Below are positions 6,134 to 10,526 of a DNA stretch of 10,526 nt, in pieces; position 1 is the first letter of the stretch; every line of letters begins with the position of its first letter. Under the pieces are notes generated by a model. That model searched no databases, was not told the origin of the DNA, and saw nothing but the letters and a program-made list of their open reading frames with translations. The DNA is from Bdellovibrionales bacterium (GTDB lineage: Bacteria > Bdellovibrionota > Bdellovibrionia > Bdellovibrionales > UBA840). Made by a program: the position numbers and the translations under genes. The stretch lies in the NCBI GenBank assembly GCA_037969075.1, contig JBBKWS010000194.1, positions 1 to 10,526 of the forward strand, written 5' to 3'.

Positions 6134-7966
6134 TTAAACAGGTAATTTTACAGTAAATTCAGTGCCTTGGCCTATATTTGATTTGAGCTCAATACTGCCA
6201 CCATGCTCTTTCACTATATTATAAGTGATACTTAACCCGAGGCCAGTTCCCAGCCCCACTGATTTTGTCGTATAAAAAGGCTCAAAGATTCTACTCTGAA
6301 TATCTTCAGATATTCCTACACCATCATCTTTCACATGAATTAAATAAAATTTACCCGCAAGACTTGTACTAACGCAGATCTCGCCACTATCTTTTATTGC
6401 TTGTACGGCATTCATAATTAGATTCACCAAAACTTGATTTATTTGGTTCGGATTACAAAGCACTTTGGTTTTTCTAGCAAGAACTAGTTTTACCTTAATC
6501 TTGTCACCAATATTATTTCTTAAAAGCTTAATCGTATTCTCGATTAAATCCTCTACGTAGACTTCGTCTTTTTGCCCCTTATCAAGTCTAGAGAAACTTT
6601 GTAAATCCTTTACTATTGTAGATGTTCTAGCCGCCCCATCCTTACAAGCCCTGATCGCCTTGAGCATATCTTGCTGGATATAATCCCAATCATTTTCTTT
6701 TTTCCATTCAATAATATCTTTAGATTGGCTGCTTTCGATAATATTAATTAAGTCCTGCGATTGCTTTTCTAAGTAGTCCATATTGGAATAAATAAAACCT
6801 ATTGGATTATTTAATTCATGTGCGACGCCAGCTACCAACTGCCCAAGGCTTGCCATTTTTGCATTTTGAACCATCGACGTTTGTGCATCTTGAATAGTTT
6901 TATTAGCACCCTGTAATTCAATAATTTTATCTTGAAGTTGCGTCTTCGCCTCTTTTAATTGTTTTGTCATCTCGTTAAAACTTTGCGTTAAGACACCCAC
7001 CTCTTTACCAAACCCTCTATTGATTGGCTGAGGGTTCTCCCCTGCACTAACCTTTACAATCGCGTCAGTCACATGGTGCAGTGAAGACAATATCCATCTT
7101 GATGAAAAAACCAGTAAAGGAATCAACACTATCAACACTAGCCCAAGAGTAATTCCTGTAGCCAGAGTCACGTTGTTAAGTTGACTTTGGTATTCAGAAT
7201 GATTTGCGCCGCCTACAACGCTCAATCCTTTTGCTCTAATTTTATTAAAACTATATTTACTGCCAGCAAAGCTGTGAACACTAATAGTATTTGGCAGTAA
7301 CTGCTGTAGAAACTTTATCTCAGCAAAATTTACATCGGCTACACTAGAAAAAACAAGCCGATTACTATTAGAGATTATAAAAATATCTATTTGCTGCTTA
7401 TTTGCTAGATCTTGCCATCTGGTAGATGGCAAAGTCATGGCCTGACGGATACTGCCTATTTTTTCATTGTTTTCATAAATAGGTTTCGTCAAAGTAAGCG
7501 CCGGCTCATCTGTATAACTTAAGTTGAGATACACATCGGTTGTGTCCTCAAGCTTTGAAGAAGGTGAAGATACACCGGTTACAATTTTTCCATCTTTTTT
7601 TAAAACCGCAATAATTCTTTCATCCTGTTCGTCATAAAATTCAATTTGCGAAATTGAAGTTTTACTTAAATAGTCTGTAGCTAGAGCGTTTAGATCCGAA
7701 TCTGATTTTGTTCTCAATGCAAACAGTAGTGTCCGATTACCGGTGAGTACTTGCGATTGCTCTTCTAGATATACTCTTCCTGATTGAGTGAGTCTTGATA
7801 GTTCGTCATTAAAGCCACTTATTTTTTCTTCGATGTTGGTGGTCGCGCCTTGCGAGTAAATAAAATAAAAATTCACAACTAAAACTGCCACCGGAATAAC
7901 AGCAAAGAAAAATAAGGAAAATCCAAAGGCAGTTGTTAAACTAATATTTTGTAAATACTTTTTCAT
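6134..7966 (-). CDS. Membrane sensor histidine kinase (TM - periplasmic sensor - TM - HAMP - HisKA - HATPase_c; NtrB/HupT-like)
   Basis: H box LVAGVAHELNNPIGFI, N box QINQVLVNLIMNAVQA, G1 DDGVGI, F box IFEPFYTTK, G2 GTGLGLSI. Two TM segments and HAMP motif EVGVLTQSFNEM. ATGA overlap with the upstream gene. Confidence 0.95.
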   Translation of the reverse strand: MKKYLQNISLTTAFGFSLFFFAVIPVAVLVVNFYFIYSQGATTNIEEKISGFNDELSRLTQSGRVYLEEQSQVLTGNRTLLFALRTKSDSDLNALATDYLSKTSISQIEFYDEQDERIIAVLKKDGKIVTGVSSPSSKLEDTTDVYLNLSYTDEPALTLTKPIYENNEKIGSIRQAMTLPSTRWQDLANKQQIDIFIISNSNRLVFSSVADVNFAEIKFLQQLLPNTISVHSFAGSKYSFNKIRAKGLSVVGGANHSEYQSQLNNVTLATGITLGLVLIVLIPLLVFSSRWILSSLHHVTDAIVKVSAGENPQPINRGFGKEVGVLTQSFNEMTKQLKEAKTQLQDKIIELQGANKTIQDAQTSMVQNAKMASLGQLVAGVAHELNNPIGFIYSNMDYLEKQSQDLINIIESSQSKDIIEWKKENDWDYIQQDMLKAIRACKDGAARTSTIVKDLQSFSRLDKGQKDEVYVEDLIENTIKLLRNNIGDKIKVKLVLARKTKVLCNPNQINQVLVNLIMNAVQAIKDSGEICVSTSLAGKFYLIHVKDDGVGISEDIQSRIFEPFYTTKSVGLGTGLGLSITYNIVKEHGGSIELKSNIGQGTEFTVKLPV

Positions 7967-8910
7967 GGACTTTGCACTTCTAAAATCATTCTGACTTGGC
8001 CTGTGGGCATTACGCGTGGATGCGGACTTTTAGCTACTTCTATAGGGGCAATCGTATTTAAATACGCCTTTAATATTTCAAAATTAGACTCGGTGATTGT
8101 AAAGTGAAAATATCGACTACCGTTAGGTTTTTCCCAACCAATTTCCACACTTCCTGCCTTAGCACCCCCGAGTGACTCTATTCTTTGAGTTACTGCATCT
8201 GCAACGGCATCTTTAGTATCTATCGCTAAAAATGCGCGATACACAAACCCACTTGTTTTCACCTCACCCTTGCGCGGCGAAGGAGTAGGTACTGGGGCGA
8301 CTGGCGTTTTTGCCTCTGTTTCAATAGCTACTTGCTGCTCACTCTCTTGTCGATCTAGTTCTTCGCGCAATTTCTTCTCTTGCTCAGGGCTCAACTTAAC
8401 TTCTTGCTCTTCACCCTCACTATGCTCTGGACTTTGAGCGGCATCCTCTTCGGCGCTAAGCAAACTCTCTGGCTCGTCTTCTGCCACTTCAATTGGCTGC
8501 ATCCCACTTAATTTTCCCGTGGTTTTAATCTCGGCAATAACAATCTTGTTTGGATCACGCTTAAAATAATTAATAATTTTGTCGGCAGGAAAATATAGGT
8601 AAAGGAGAGCTAGTAGAGCACATAGCCCGGCCATTTGCGCCGATCGTTTGCCTGCTTTTTTGATATAATAAGTCTGGCCTTCTTTTTGGTACACATCTCG
8701 TAATTTCTGATGATATGGCTGAGATAGCGTAATTTTTTTAAGCTGTGATGTATACCTTAATGCCATCTCTAATGTTTCAAGCTCAGCCTTAATTTCACTG
8801 TCTTCATTGATATATTCTTCTACTTGATTTTTGCGGTTAGCATCCAGCACACCACTGATGTAATCATACAATAATTCCCTACAAATAAATTTACTTAGTT
8901 TTTTTTTCAT
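7963..8910 (-). CDS. Anti-sigma-factor-like single-pass membrane protein
   Basis: N-terminal CRELLYDYISGVLD...VEEYI...KAELETLE follows the zf-HC2/ASD pattern. TM at about aa 93-107, acidic/Pro-rich linker, folded C-terminal domain. TAATG overlap with the upstream sigma-like gene. Confidence 0.72.
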   Translation of the reverse strand: MKKKLSKFICRELLYDYISGVLDANRKNQVEEYINEDSEIKAELETLEMALRYTSQLKKITLSQPYHQKLRDVYQKEGQTYYIKKAGKRSAQMAGLCALLALLYLYFPADKIINYFKRDPNKIVIAEIKTTGKLSGMQPIEVAEDEPESLLSAEEDAAQSPEHSEGEEQEVKLSPEQEKKLREELDRQESEQQVAIETEAKTPVAPVPTPSPRKGEVKTSGFVYRAFLAIDTKDAVADAVTQRIESLGGAKAGSVEIGWEKPNGSRYFHFTITESNFEILKAYLNTIAPIEVAKSPHPRVMPTGQVRMILEVQSP

Positions 8911-9380
8911 TATAACGCCAATGATTTTCCAAGTTTTTTTAATCCATTTGCAACACGATATCTTACAGTACCTTCACTGAGACCTAGTCCACGAGCAATA
9001 TCTTCGTCTGAAATACTTAAAACCTTCGACCATGTCACCAAAAGCAGTTCGTCCTCTTTGGACTCTTTCATAAATTGGTTCCACGCACTCACACTAAATT
9101 CTTTAGGTAGAAAAAATTTATTTTCTTGTGAAATTGCTTCGTCAGTTACTTTTTCGCTTGATGAAAAAAATGGTAGTTTATTTTTTGGTTTATAAAATAA
9201 TTTCCAATACCTGTAGGTAGTAAAAACAACTTCAATTAAGTTGTCGGTTTGATCTTTTGTATTTTTTTGAATCTTATTTAAGCGAAGCAAACTGCGTCTA
9301 GTCGCTTCATGGGCAATGCGGTGATCCTTTAACGTTAGAAAAAAGAATTTTGCGACCGCATGTACCTCTGTATCTATCAC
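8910..9380 (-). CDS. ECF sigma-factor-like protein (clear region 4 HTH, degenerate region 2)
   Basis: C-terminal SISDEDIARGLGLSEGTVRYRVANGLKKL matches sigma70 region 4.2 of ECF factors. ECF-like size (156 aa). GTG start 3 nt after the mreB stop. Directly precedes an anti-sigma-like gene. Confidence 0.72.
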   Translation of the reverse strand: MIDTEVHAVAKFFFLTLKDHRIAHEATRRSLLRLNKIQKNTKDQTDNLIEVVFTTYRYWKLFYKPKNKLPFFSSSEKVTDEAISQENKFFLPKEFSVSAWNQFMKESKEDELLLVTWSKVLSISDEDIARGLGLSEGTVRYRVANGLKKLGKSLAL

Positions 9381-9383
9381 TGG

Positions 9384-10478
<1,095 letters not shown>

Positions 10479-10526
10479 GCTTAGACGCTTTTTATAGTTA
10501 ACGCAAGCCAAATACTTTTGTAGAAT

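Noticed and set aside
8899..8907. A9 run after the anti-sigma start codon as a phase-variation tract
   Set aside because: It encodes MKKK, a common N-terminus in AT-rich genomes; the frame is intact.

Overview
AT-rich bacterial chromosomal window, almost fully coding, probably from a Bdellovibrionota (Bdellovibrio-like) organism. That assignment is inferred from the MreB sequence as I recall it and from the gene content; no search was run. One + strand gene (a PhaR-type PHA-regulator DNA-binding protein) converges at a strong bidirectional terminator on a long - strand gene run. In transcription order the run is: mreB; a degenerate ECF-sigma-like protein; a membrane anti-sigma-like protein; an orphan HAMP sensor histidine kinase (these four tightly coupled); an outer-membrane beta-barrel (COG4313-like motifs); a coiled-coil lipoprotein; a small Cys-containing secreted protein; a probably leaderless secreted hypothetical; an LpoB-family lipoprotein; and a COG3014-type TPR lipoprotein. 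I saw no RNA genes, CRISPR arrays or mobile elements. The two most interesting candidates are (i) the mreB-linked sigma-like/anti-sigma-like/kinase module, a possible cell-wall or cell-shape signalling system, and (ii) the barrel + helical-hairpin lipoprotein + secreted protein unit.
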